A stretch of 64,000 nt of DNA from positions 14,818,001 through 14,882,000 of the forward strand of contig CM075987.1 in the NCBI GenBank assembly GCA_038087875.1. The letters run 5' to 3'. Positions 51,149 through 63,697 of this stretch are shown piece after piece. The notes under the pieces were generated by a model that was not told the DNA's origin, ran no database searches, and saw only the letters and a program-made list of their open reading frames with translations. Source of the DNA: Malacoraja senta. Its lineage: Eukaryota. Numbering within the stretch: the stretch's first letter is position 1; every line of letters begins with the position of its first letter. The position numbers and the translations under genes were made by a program.

Positions 51149-54045
51149 TTAGAACCGTGACCACCAGGTTCAAGAACAGCTTCTTCCCAGCAACCAGCAA
51201 TCTCTTGGACACTGTACAACACTAATATCTAAGATCTTCACTGGGCCAGGTTTTTGGTTGCACTTTGGATTTTGGGTTTTCATTATTGTGGTTACCCAGT
51301 ATTGTGGTTATTAATTTATTGCATTATTATTGATTATTATATATTTATCTGTGTGTTATTGCATTAATAGGCCTTTATGCAGCAGCACCGAAGAATTGCA
51401 ATGTTTGGCTTTAGAAAATAAGAGTGTTAATTTTAAATCATAAACTGTATTGATTGCACAGCTGCCACTGAACAATTGATGAAAAAGGCATTTACAAACA
51501 TATACAGTGATTATGTCTTTGTTGCAAAAAGATTTGAGATAAATGCTGAGATAGCAGTAGCCCAAGCAAACTGTTGGGAGTCAAGACCAGCTATTGAGAG
51601 ATTCGATGCAGGTCTGTGGGAAAATGGACAAGCTGCGTTATCTCAGTATGGAGCCAACTGGCCAGTTAGACGTCCGTGTGTGCAGTGCCATGCATTGGTT
51701 CACAAGATCAAGAGCTTTTGCGGCAAGGAATAATGCACTGTACTCTCTTCAAAGTCAACATGTGCCCTTCTTATAAATTTGTTTTTGAGTTGTCATAGTA
51801 GCTGATATTCTTCATGAGCATCTGAAGCATCTTAGAACATTTCCTTGATATTGAAAAAGCTATATAAATGCAATGTAAAAAGTTCTTAGAGTCAAGTGTA
51901 AATTGATTTGATCATAATTAAAATTTGAATACAATAATTGATTGTGTTAATGTGAATAAACACAGAGAAGATCAATCTCCAACTTACATAGCAGAGTTGC
52001 AAGGGTGTTTATGCAAAGATTCAGATATAAACTGTTTTATAGACTCTCCCTTGGATTGCCACTACAATGATTCTACCTGACCAGTTTCTCGATAGAAGGC
52101 ACAGTCAGGATGTTGGTGGTGGGGGAACTCAGCATTGCAACATCAATGATGTTTAGATGGCCCTTGTTGAAACTCTTTTCCACCCACAACTTGTGAAGCA
52201 AGAATAGTAACAGTCACTCACAACATATACCTAGTTATCTAATCATTGAGTACATGGTTACAGCTTCAATCAGAGGAACTAAACCAACGTCACTGTAAGG
52301 AAATATCTGGTTATCCGACCCAGATTACCACCTGAAAAACACCTGGATCTCCATCTTGGGGCTGGGATAAATGATCTTCAGCAACTAAATCCATTTTTGA
52401 ACCAATTTCCAAATTCAAATGCTGATGGCATTGTTATAAACTCCATTTATAGATAGATGTGTCAGTAGAAGTATGAATGGCCAGAAACATAATCCGTCCA
52501 TTCCCTCCACAAGTGCTGCCTGATCCACTGAGTTCCTCCAGCAGTTTGTATTTTGCTCCTTTAGTAAATAGAATGATTCACTCTGCTTAAAGATACTTCT
52601 GAAATAAAATAGTACACACGAGAGGGAGAGATGATGAACGGGATTTATTCTGCACGACAGGAGTTGGAATATATTGGACTGGACGGTAGATTTGAAGCCA
52701 GTCAGGACAACACTGGAGTAAGGATACCTACCTGAAGCTATTATTCCGCAAAACGCCCTCAAATAAACAATGATACAACTTAGCCATTAAAAACTCTCTC
52801 CTATTTTTTACAATTAATTTGAATATGAACTCTTTTTAACTATTAAATTGGGTCTAAAACAGTAATGGATATCATTGTTATGAACAACATTATATAAACA
52901 TGACTTTTAAAATTTATTTTATCTACTTCATCTAAATAACATCCAAAATGGCTGAACATTTCCATGAACCATCAACATCAATCAAGGACCAATTACTGAC
53001 AAATAATTTATTGTATTATAGATCATTACACATTTATTTGTGTATATTTATTTGGGCCGTTTAAGCTGCGGTACGTAAGAGTTTAATTATCCTATTGGCA
53101 GTACATGTGACAATTAAACATTCTTGACGATCAATCTTTCAAAGACACAACTTGATGTCAAATGCTCAGCACTATTTATAGTCTGATTTGTTATCACAAT
53201 AACTTTGTCCAAACATTAAGGGCATTGGAGTGCCATGCACACACTGCTCGAGCAAGTACTCATCATAACCATGAGTGATTGAAGGCAAGAGATACTGCTG
53301 CCATGTGAGAAATGAAGCTGTTGTGATTGTTGGAAAGACTTTAGAAAGAGAAATTTAATCTTAAATTCAATAAGATATTACAAACAGGCAATTCTGAGTT
53401 AAGATTTCTTTCCATAAAACACTGAAGTATTTCAGCATGAAGAACATCATAAAAATAACATTTAAGACCCAGTGCGTAGACACAAAAAGCCATAAATGCT
53501 ACAAACAAAAATCAGCTACATGTAGAGGCACATAAAGATATCATCTATCGTATATATGGGAGCTGTCAGTTTTTTTTTGTATTTCTGCTTGCTATAGCTG
53601 GAAAATCACTTAATTCACTGATGAATAAAATTTTCCAGTCCTGCCTGAAAAACAATAAAAACTCTAGACCAGGCGCCTTTATAAACAGGAACGTTTCTAA
53701 GTATTGCACATAACAGAAATAAAATGTAAATGCAACAAACTACTCCAAGATGTTCACCTGGTGCATTTTTAAAAGCTGTTGAGTTTTTGCATCAATCAAC
53801 CTGCTTGGCCACAAAGTTCAAACAGCAATATCCTTGGGTATTTTTTTTAACCTCTTATTTTTCTAATTCTCTCTAATTTTTCTATCACCTTAAATCTATG
53901 TCCCCTGATTACTGATTTTACTGCTGCAGGAACATTGGGATTATCACAGAACACAACATAGGAATAGGCCCTTCAGCCCTCAATGTCCATGCCAAACATA
54001 ATGCCAAGATAAACTCATCTCAAAATAAACTAATCCATCTATATA

Positions 54046-55664
54046 CAGTGGCTTGCAAAAGTTTTCATACTCCTTGAACTTTTCCACATTTTGTCACGTT
54101 ACAACCACAAACGTAAATGTATTTTATTGGGATTTTATGTGATAGACCAACACAAAGTGGTGCATAATTGTGAAGTGGAAGGAAAGTGATACATGGTTTT
54201 CAAATTTTTTTACAAATAAAAAACTGAAAAGTGTCGTGTGCAAAAGTATTCAGCCCCCCTGAGTCAATACTTTGTAAAACCACCTTTCGCTGCAATTACA
54301 GCTGCAAGTCTTTTGGGGTATGTCTCTACCAGCTTTGCACATCTAGAGACTGAAATTTTTGCCCATTCTTCTTTGCAAAATAGCTCAAGCTCAGTCAGAT
54401 TGGATGGAGAGCGTCTGTGAACAGCAATTTTCAAGTCTTGCCAGAGATTCTCAATTGGATTTAGGTCTGAACTTTGACTGGGCCATTCTAACACATGAAT
54501 ATGCTTTGATCTAAACCATTCCATTGTAGCTCTGGCTGTATGTTTAGGGTCGTTGTCCTGCTGGAAGGTGAACCTCCGCCCCAGTCTCAAGTCTTTTGCA
54601 GACTCTAACAGGTTTTCTTCCAAGATTGCCCTGTATTTGGCTCCATCCATCTTCCCATCAACTCTGACCAGCTTCCCTGTCCCTGCTGAAGAAAAGCGTC
54701 CCCACAGCATGATGCTGCCACCACCATGTTTCACCAGGTGGGGATGGTGTGTTCAGGGTGATGTGCAGTGTTAGGTTTCCGCCACACATAGCATTTTGCA
54801 TTTAGGCCAAAAACTTCAATTTTGGTCTCATCTGACCAGAGCACCTTCCTCCACATGTTTGCTGTGTCCCCCACATGGCTTGTGGCAAACTGCAAACGGG
54901 ACTTCTTATGGCTTTTTTTCAACAATGGCTTTCTTCTTGCCACTCTTCCATAAAGGCCCGATTTGTGGAGTGCACGACTAATAGTTGTCCTGTGGACAGA
55001 TTCTCCCACCTGAGCTGTGGATCTCTGCAGCTCCTCCAGAGTTACCATGGGCCTCTTGGCTGCTTCTCTGATCAATGCTCTCCTTGCCCGGCCTGTCAGT
55101 TTAGGTGGACGGCCATGTCTTGGTATGTTTGCAGTTGTGCCATACTCTTTCCATTTTCGGATGATGGATTGAACAGTGCTCCGTGAGATGTTCAAAGCTT
55201 GGAATATTATTTTATAACCTAACCCTGCTTTAAACTTCTCCACAACTTTATCCCTGACCTGTCTGGTGTGTTCCTTGGGCTTCATGATGCTGTTTGTTCA
55301 CTAATGTTCTCTAACAAACCTCTGAGGCCTTCACAGAACAGCTGTATTTATACTGAGATTAGATTACACACAAGTGGACTCTATTTACTAATTAGGTGAC
55401 TTCTGAAGGCAATTGGTTGCATTGGATTTTATTTAGGGGTATCAGAGTAAAGGGGGCTGAATACTTTTGCATGCGACACTTTTCAGTTTTTTATTTGTAA
55501 AAAAATTTGAAAACCATGTATCATTTTCCTTCCACTTCACAATTATGCGCCACTTTGTGTTGGTCTATCACATAAAATCCCAATAAAATACATTTACGTT
55601 TGTGGTTGTAACGTGACAAAATGTGGAAAAGTTCAAGGGGTATGAATACTTTTGCAAGCCACTG
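54046..55664 (-). mobile_element. Full-length Tc1/mariner DNA transposon (1619 bp), Passport-like, with ~213-bp IR/DR TIRs
   Basis: TA|CAGTGGCTTGCAAAAG...CTTTTGCAAGCCACTG|TG; TIRs at ~54046-54258 and ~55451-55664 differ at about 6 positions by hand count; inner and outer TGCAAAAGTATTCA direct repeats. Confidence 0.95.
54264..55285 (-). pseudogene. Tc1 DD34E transposase, 339 aa if a single 2-bp insertion near 54735 is removed
   Basis: ORFs 54731..55285 and 54264..54734: [28 protein letters not shown](S)DLNPIE; 34 residues between the second D and E; no in-frame stops. Confidence 0.93.
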
Positions 55665-55920
55665 TGCTTATAACTCTAATCTTGTCCTCTTCCGGTTTGC
55701 GTTGTTTTTAAATTTGCGCAAAAACGGTACTCGATAGCGCTACGATCTTTTGCCACCTTACACGCCATTCTCCTGTGCTGCAAGTGCAACAAGGTATGTT
55801 CCGATCGGTGAAATAGTACAAAAGTTATGAAGGTTTAAAAATTGTAAAAACCGCCCCTTCCGGCACCCGCTGTCAATGACCGGCGGCGAGGAGAATAAAG
55901 TTGAAGGAGCGGAGTGTGTT

Positions 55921-55989
55921 GAGCAGCGTGTGGGCAGGGAGCAGCGTGCGGGCAGGGAGCAGCGTGCGGGCAGGGAGCAGCGTGCGGGC
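55921..55989. repeat. 18-bp GC-rich tandem repeat (GAGCAGCGTGCGGGCAGG), about 3.8 copies
   Basis: Directly visible; explains the repetitive spurious ORFs at this position. Confidence 0.9.
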
Positions 55990-57769
55990 TGCTTCTGCGG
56001 AGACCAGCACGATGAGCCGGGAGCCGCTGAGTTGAAATGGAAGTTTCTGAGTGAAGCCGGAGTGGGACCAGGAGCCACTGCATGAGGACGAAAGCTGAAG
56101 GTGCGGGGTGAGCAGAGTGCGAGCTGCGTCTGTGGCGACCACCCCCCCTCCCCTTATTTTTGTATTCATGCAATGAACAATAATGTACTGCAAGCAGCCT
56201 TAATTGACTGCAGTATCTGCTCACTAATGCCTTTTGTGAACCATGCAATAGGAAGCCCACACCTCTGTGCATAACAGAGTTCTGCATGCTCTTACCATTT
56301 CTGGATAATAGGGTTTTTTTCCCCTTGTTAAAATAGATAACTTCACATTTTCAATTATATACTCATTTGCCTGCTCTTTGCCTATTCAATAAGCCTATCC
56401 ATAACCCTCTGTACTTTCTTTATCGTCATCTTTAGAATTTGCTTCCCTACCTATAGAGTCACAGTGCTGTACGGCATAGTAAGAGACCCTTCAGTCCATC
56501 TTGAGCATGCTGACCAAGTTGTCATACTGGGTTACTCTCATTTATCTGCATTTGGTCTATATCCCTCTAAAGTTTTGCTATCCATATATCTGTCCAAATG
56601 TCCTATAAAAGCCGTAATTGTATCAGCTTCTAAAGCAGCTCATTCCAGCTATGGACGACCCTCCAAGTGGAAATTGATGCCCCTGCAGTCCCTCTTAAAT
56701 TTCTCCCCTCTCATTGTAAGCGTGTGCCCTCTAGTTTCAGTGTCCTCTACCCTAGGAAAAAGATTGAGTGTTCACCTAATCTTTGTGTCATGTATCTTCA
56801 GTGATTTCATCCTGGTTATTTATATATATTGTTAAGGTTTGAAGTCCCTGCAGCAACTGCTCAGTACATCTGGCCTTTCAGAACAAAGTACACTGATGTC
56901 CATTTTCCGTTTCTTATTCGCCAGCAAACCTCCTCTCCAGCCCAAAATGACAATTCCTTCACCATAGGTTCTTTGGGAAAAGTTGTTGATAAATGTAACT
57001 TAATTTTTAATTGATGTGCATACCAGCACCTTTTCGTCTACAAACAAAAAAGCACTGAAAGGACCAAAGAAACATTCCATTCATCCAATGTGTAATTGAT
57101 GTCAAGGTATACAAATATGGCAGAACACAGCAAATACATTCAAATCAATAGTATTTTTAACAGAAACCAACAACGAAAGAAATGGTGGTAAAAATTATGG
57201 CAAATCTCACGTAAATAGCACATTGATCAAAAACTTAATTGCACCAGTTACATACAGACTTTCAGTACAAGAGCAAATGCCTCACTTCCTGGCTCCCCAA
57301 AGTCTTTCAATCATTCACAAGGCTTGAGTCAGCAGTGCAGTAGAATGCCCTCCATTCACTTGTTTGAGTGCAACTTTTAACATCACTCAAGCAGATCAAC
57401 ACTATCGAGTCATAGAATCATTCAGCACAGAAACGAGCCCCGAGGCCCAACTTCTCCATGCTGACCAAGGTGCTCCATCACAGCTGGTCCCATTTGCCCT
57501 CGTTTGGCCCCTATCCATCTAAACCTTCCCTATCCATGTACCTGTCCACATATTTTTTATGTGCCATTTTTCTTAATCAGTACATGGCACAATACTTGAA
57601 CAGCATAATCCCACTATGCCTCATATTCGCTCATTGGACCTGCAGCACACTATGACTGCCATGCTTACCACCTATAAATGCACTGGAGGAACTCACTATG
57701 GTTTTCTCCATCTATTTCCAAAACTTAAAATCATTATCATCCAAAAGAACAAAGGCAGCTGGCACGAGG

Positions 57770-58150
57770 AAAGTCGATCAGCCTCAAAAAGGCTGGCAGT
57801 ATCATCAAGGACCCCACCATCCTGGCCACACACTCATCTCCCCGCTACCTTCAGATAGAAGGTACAGGAGCCTGAAGACTGCAACGACCAGGTTCAGGAA
57901 AAGCTACTTCCCCACATCCATCAGGCTATTAAACTTGGCTCGGACAAAACTCTGAATATTAATAGCCCATTATCTGTTTATTTGCACTTCATCAGTTTAT
58001 TTATTCATGGGTGTATATATTTATATAATGGTATATGGACACACTGATCTGTTCTGTAGTCATGCCTACTATGTTCTGTTGTGCTGAAGCAAAGCAAGAA
58101 TTTCATTGTCCTATCAGGGACACATGACAATAAACTCTCTTGAATCTCAA
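57770..58150 (+). mobile_element. Rex1/Babar-type LINE 3' end; similar copy at ~61390-62005
   Basis: HHPGHTLISPLPSDRRYRSLKTATTRFRKSYFPTSIRLLN; ACACATGACAATAAACTCTCTTGA tail. Confidence 0.8.
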
Positions 58151-59329
58151 ATTCACCTTAGAGAATGCTCAAGTAACTCGGGGGGGGGGGGGGGGGGGCT
58201 TATCACTGGAGAACTTGGATAGGTGACGTTTTGGGTCCATGTTCAGACTCTTAAGATTAGTTTCTACAAATTCACCTCCTAAGTTTCTCGCCAGCTGTAA
58301 ATATATTCGCATTTCTTCATCAATCCCAAGCTAAGATCCTGTAAACCACACCCAAATAGTTTTGTGGAATTGCTACTACCAGACTGACTGTTTCGCCGCC
58401 ATCTACGAGCACAAGAGAAGGGCGGTAAATGTGGGCCTTGCCTCCAACATTCAAACCACACAATAACAAATAAATAGGAAAGAGCTGAATATACCTTAAA
58501 ACTCTAATTTAGAATAAGATAATGTTTGGGTATACAAACACGCCCACTGTTGTAAACTCAATTTTTTTTTAATGAAACCACAAAGTGGTGCATTGATCTT
58601 AAAGGGAAACACATTGCATTATCCATAAAACAGTACGTCCTGTAAAAATATGTTCATTTTAAATAGCTTGCAAGACCTATTTTTGACAGGACCAAACATG
58701 AACAAATGTGGTCATGAAAATAATCCCTGCAGTCACAGCGTAGACGTTTGGGCCTGCAAGGCATTTCCCACCGCTCTGTTCTGCATTTCACAGGTTTTAC
58801 ATTCCTCTATCCATTTCTCTATCTCACGGTTAGTATTAATCTTAGTTTTAGTTTCGTTTATTGTCACCTGTACCGAGTTACAGTGAAAAGCATTTTGATG
58901 CGTGCTAACCAGTCAGCGGAAACACTATACATGATTACATTCAAGATTTCTGCAGTGTACAATCATTTAACCAACTGCCCTCATCTACAGCAATCCTGGC
59001 CTCAGCCCATCGAAGATGGTCCCTTCATCCTATCCATTCCACCACCATTCTATCTACTACTTAAAAGTAAACTGTTTTCATTTCTCCAGTTTCAGCAAAA
59101 TGTTTCTTCCTGAAACGTTAACTCTATTTCTCTCTCCACAGATGCTGTCTAGTCTGCTGAGTATTCCCAGCGTTTTCTGTTCTGTTTAATTTCCCAACAT
59201 TGCAGGTTTTTTTTTTAATTCCCTGTACTAGATCTGGGTGGGAATTGACAAATATTCCAATTGGAACCATTTGATTTCATCATTTGAAAAAGCAATACAT
59301 CCCTGACGTTGGCACATATGCTGCCAAAT

Positions 59330-60265
59330 CATAGAAACACAGTACAGAGTCAGGACCTTCTGCCCATTTCATCCACACCGATCCTGATAGCAATCTGTAC
59401 TAATCCCCACACCCCTCCACCCACCCGCCCCATGCCCACATTAGTCTGTATCTCTTTGTTAATTTCGTATCGAAATACCTGTCTAAATGCCTTTGAAACT
59501 GCTCAGACAGTTCACTCCAGATATTCATCATCCTCTATATGAAAACCTACCCCTCCGGTTTTCTTTAAATTTCTCCCCACTCACCTTAAACCAATGCCCT
59601 CTATTTCGAGATTCACCTGACCTGGGAACAAGACCGACTATCAATACTATCCAAGCCCCTCATCATTTTATAAACCCCGATAAGGACACCCCTCATCCTC
59701 CCACGTTCCAGTGAAACCCAGCCCATCCAGTCTCCCCATATAACTAGAGCCTTCTATTCCAGGCAACGTCCTGGTGAATCTCTTCTGCTGTCTCTCTGTT
59801 GCTACCACATCCTTCCTGTACTGTGGCTAGTAGAAATGTAGACAATACAAGTGCTGTCTAACTTCTGTTTTGTACAACTGCACCACGACGTCCCAACACT
59901 TATATTCAATTCCCCAGGCTGCAAAGGCACACCTGTCAAGTGCCTTCCATCAAACAACTGTCCACCTGGACTTTAAGACTTTTGCCTTCCATCACAGTGA
60001 GGAGGGCCTGGTAGACTCACTGTGGTGGATGTTAAATCTGTGTTTATTGTGTGTTTTGTTATTTTATTCTATGTTATGACTGCAAGGCATGAAATTTCGT
60101 TCAGACTGAAAAGTCTGAATGACAATAAAGGATACTTTACTTCACTGTGTCACCATTTTCAGGAAGCTATGGATTTGTACCCAAGCAGTCTGTACATCCA
60201 CACTCCTCAGGTGCCTGCCAGTTCTCTAAATTTCCTATTAGAATTTGACTTCCCAAAGTGCATCA
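59330..60265 (-). mobile_element. Degenerate CR1 3' portion with a short SINE-like insert at ~59970-60146
   Basis: Reverse CR1 signatures CCTGGTGAATCTCTTCTG and CTCACCTTAAACC. Confidence 0.65.
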
Positions 60266-62133
60266 TTTTTCTAGAGAATCAAAAGGCCAACTCTGTCCAC
60301 GCACTTTGTCTATCGTATACAACCCAAGGATTTCAATGGGGATTATAGGGCTAAGAATTTGTAGGTATACAGGAAAGACTAGATATTTATTTTAAAAATA
60401 TTTGTTATCATTCATACTTCCTAAATTATTTTAAAATGTTTTTAGTTAACTTTATTTTGTTGATTATTTTAATTCAATTTTGATTCTCTCTGAGCTTCTG
60501 TGATTTAAAACAAAATCAAAAACAAATCTTAGAGTCAGAGTTAAACAACAGGGAAATAAACAGGTCTTTGGCCCAACTTGTCCATGCCAACTAAGATGTC
60601 CCATCTCAACTGGGCACATATGCCAGCCATATCCCTCCAAACGTTTCCTATCCATGTACCTGTCAAAACCCTTTGAATGTTGTTATTGTACCTGTCTCAA
60701 TTACATCCTCCGGCAGCTTGTTCCATATACCACTCTATGAAAAGGTTTCCCCCCAGGTTCCAATTAAAATGTTCCCCTCTCACCTTAAGCCTGTATCCAC
60801 TGGTTCTTGATTTCCCTATTCTGTGAAATAGACTTAGCATTTACCCTATCTATTCCCCTCATGATTTTATACACTTCTATTAGATCACCTCTCAGTCTGG
60901 CTGCACTACAAGGAATAAAGTCCCAGCCTGCCCAGCCTCTCCCTTTTGCTCAGGCCCTCTGATCCACAGCTGCAAAACCTGCTTTGCCAGCTACATTTCA
61001 TGGGGCATGCCAGCACTCTCTACCACCATAGGGCCTGTCACCACTGATAACACGCTGCTAAACTATAGGAAGCAGAGGTCCAGTCAGATAAGCCGTACAC
61101 ATCCAGATAAGGAATTTACAGACTCGGGTAATTATAGATGTTGATTGCAGGCTGCTGCCTCAGGCTAAGATCTGCCCCCCCCAAATAATATCAGTGCTGT
61201 GAATGCTAGCTAGGTTCTTCACTTATAAACAGATAGTTGCATACTTCCTCCATGCAGTTAGAAGTGCAACGTAAAGCTTTGACCTTTCAGTCAAGGAAAA
61301 ACTCTTGCATTGTTAGTAAACCATATCAATAAAGAATATTCCCCACAATATTGGCACAGGTGGTCAAGAGTGTGGAGTGGTTGCAAAGTTCCTGATAGGC
61401 TCGTCAACTCGGACACCCAGGAACAACGGAGGCTGTAAAGAATAACAAGCACTGCCTGGTCCATCACAGGTACAGACCTCCACATCACTGAAGGGAACTA
61501 GAGGAAGTGATGCCTCAAAGTCAGCTAATATTATCAAAGACCCACACCACCCTCATCTCATCTGGGCATATGAGGCCATATCCTCATCTCACTGCTACCA
61601 TCAGGAAAATAGTATGGGAGCCTGAAAACCAAGACACCCAGGTTCAAGAACAGCTTCTTCCCAGCAACCAGGCTCTTGAACATTGCACAACATTACCAAC
61701 TACCTCAGTAACTATGTTGACACAAGGATCTGCAGATGCAGACCTGTTGAGTTACTCCAGTACTCTGTGACCTCAGTGACTATGCTCTTCAGTGGACTGT
61801 GACTTTGGTTGCACTGCCAATTCCGGTGTTACACTATTATAATTACCTCATATTATAATTACCTAGTATTATGGTTAAGTATTTATGGTTTCATTGGTTA
61901 TTATATATTTATCTCTGTGCTATTACATTAATGGGTCTGTGAGGCCAGAGCAAATAAGAATTTAATTGTTCCATTGCCAGTACATATGACAATTAATCAC
62001 TTGAGTCTGGAGCTGCATGGTTAGATTGAGCTGGGCATCATCACCTTCATGTCAGGTGAACATGGTGGGCTGCAGTATTTTGCCTCAGACAAGCAGAGAG
62101 CAACATAGTGGGCATGGCCACCAGCTCCCAACA

Positions 62134-62536
62134 TGGAATGGGCCAGTTGGCCACATTTCCCTTGTGGACATCTTGCTGTGCTGGAAGACCAAGGGTCCAT
62201 TCTGGACTACAGGAGTAAATGCTGAGGGACACAATGAAGCCTGGTGCAGCCAATGTGAAGTGAAGGCTCTGTGATGGAGGAGCACAATCTAGGATTTTTC
62301 TGCTGCTGGACATTGAGGGACTGAGTTTGGCGAGGACATCCCTCAAACAAGGGAAGAGATTTCACCCCCGGGGCCACATAAGTGGTTATGGTGCTGTGTG
62401 CAAGGGAAAAGGGAGCTTGGATATAACACGAGCAATATTGAATGCAGAGGCACGCTAGGAATGTATTACAAGTTCTGCATGTTTTTTTGTTTTGTATATA
62501 TTTTTCATTTCAGATAAATGAAATTTAAAAAGGTTT
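62134..62536 (+). mobile_element. 5'-inverted (twin-primed) L1/Tx1-like 3' fragment with a 10-bp TSD
   Basis: GCTCCCAACA at 62124-62133 and 62537-62546; inverted block 62135-62193 (LVFQHSKMSTRE on minus) abuts the forward block HSGLQE*MLRDTMKPGAA. Confidence 0.65.
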
Positions 62537-63697
62537 GCTCCCAACAAGGTTCCATGCACATGGTTCCCCAAAATGATCACTTGGTGGTTGCTGTGTGTGG
62601 AACTGGGAGCAGGGGGTGATATCCCACCTGCATTCTCTCAACCAAAGGAGCAGCCAGAATACCAAAGCCTGGCCTCAGCCTCCAGCTGGGAAGGAGAGTG
62701 AAGTTAGTGTGGGCCCTCGTTCCTGATATTCGTCCAATATTCCTTCATGAAAAATGTGCAAGCGAGGATAGTTTGGGGTTAAGCCAGGACCTGATGCGAG
62801 TTATTCTCCTATAAAGCAAGACAGCATCCATTCTCCTGGACTCTCGCATGTATAAAGAACAACTGGGAAAGATATCAGTGGATAGGCAACAGCCACAAGC
62901 ACAGTAATCCTGCTTGAGTGAAAAGTTACTTCTCATAAAACAAAAGTGATTATATAACCAAATGTACATCAACTTAATAAACACTTTTGTGTTAGCAGCA
63001 TAGCGGCAAGTTGTGTAAAAACCTGATCAATTTCTGAGAGTTATAGAGCTGTACAGGACGGAAACAGACCCTTCGGCCCACCTTGTCCGTGCCCACCAAG
63101 CAAATATTAAAAAGCAAAATGAAACATTCCAAGTAGTGGTCATTGTTAAAGTCATGTTACAGATTCAACACTGGCTCCACACACGTCTTGAATTTCCTGT
63201 TTAAAATGTAATCCCATTAATTCTACATCAAAGGAACCTGAATGAGTGTCACTGTAAGTCGAGGTGCACATCAGTGGGAATGTAGACAGAGCTCTACAGT
63301 TTAATCTACCCCTCCCTGTGTGTGAGAGACTGAGCTGAAATGCACCAGCTCATTGTCCCAGTCACAATTTGTTAATTCAGCACACACCAGTTCAAATATG
63401 GGACCTTTGGGCAAAGTGGGAATTGCCTTTTCCCACTCAGCCTTTTGAGGTACTGATTAATTCCTTCTGCTCTGAAAGAAGTCCAGGCACCTCCTATGAG
63501 TTGGAGGCGGAAATTAATTATGTATTCAGTTCATAATAACAGCTTCGAAACAAAAATGAATACAACATTTGCAACAACAATAACTCGCTTTAGTATAATG
63601 TTACGGGCACAACTGAAACATCCAGAAATGTTTCACGGGAACAGAGCCTGGGAAAAATAACGCACAGATTTAAAGGGTGTATTTTAATGTTTAGTTG

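Larger units (their letters stand above)
54038..56150 (+). mobile_element. Helitron-like element 5' part, split by the Tc1 after its first 8 bases; 3' CTAG end not found
   Basis: Joining the flanks gives A|TCTATATACTTATAACTCTAATCTTGTCCTCTTCCGGTTTG, similar to the 5' terminus TCTATATTACTAAAAGTCTGATCTTGACCACT at 2991. Confidence 0.6.

Noticed and set aside
55758-56287. Several overlapping ORFs with repeated peptides (EQRAGR, ARCSLP)
   Set aside because: Produced by an 18-bp GC-rich tandem repeat inside a TE
58180-58198. Poly-G run as a G-quadruplex element (also at 75-86, 24553-24566 and the C-run near 41277)
   Set aside because: Simple homopolymers, mostly within or next to repeats, and of unreliable assembled length
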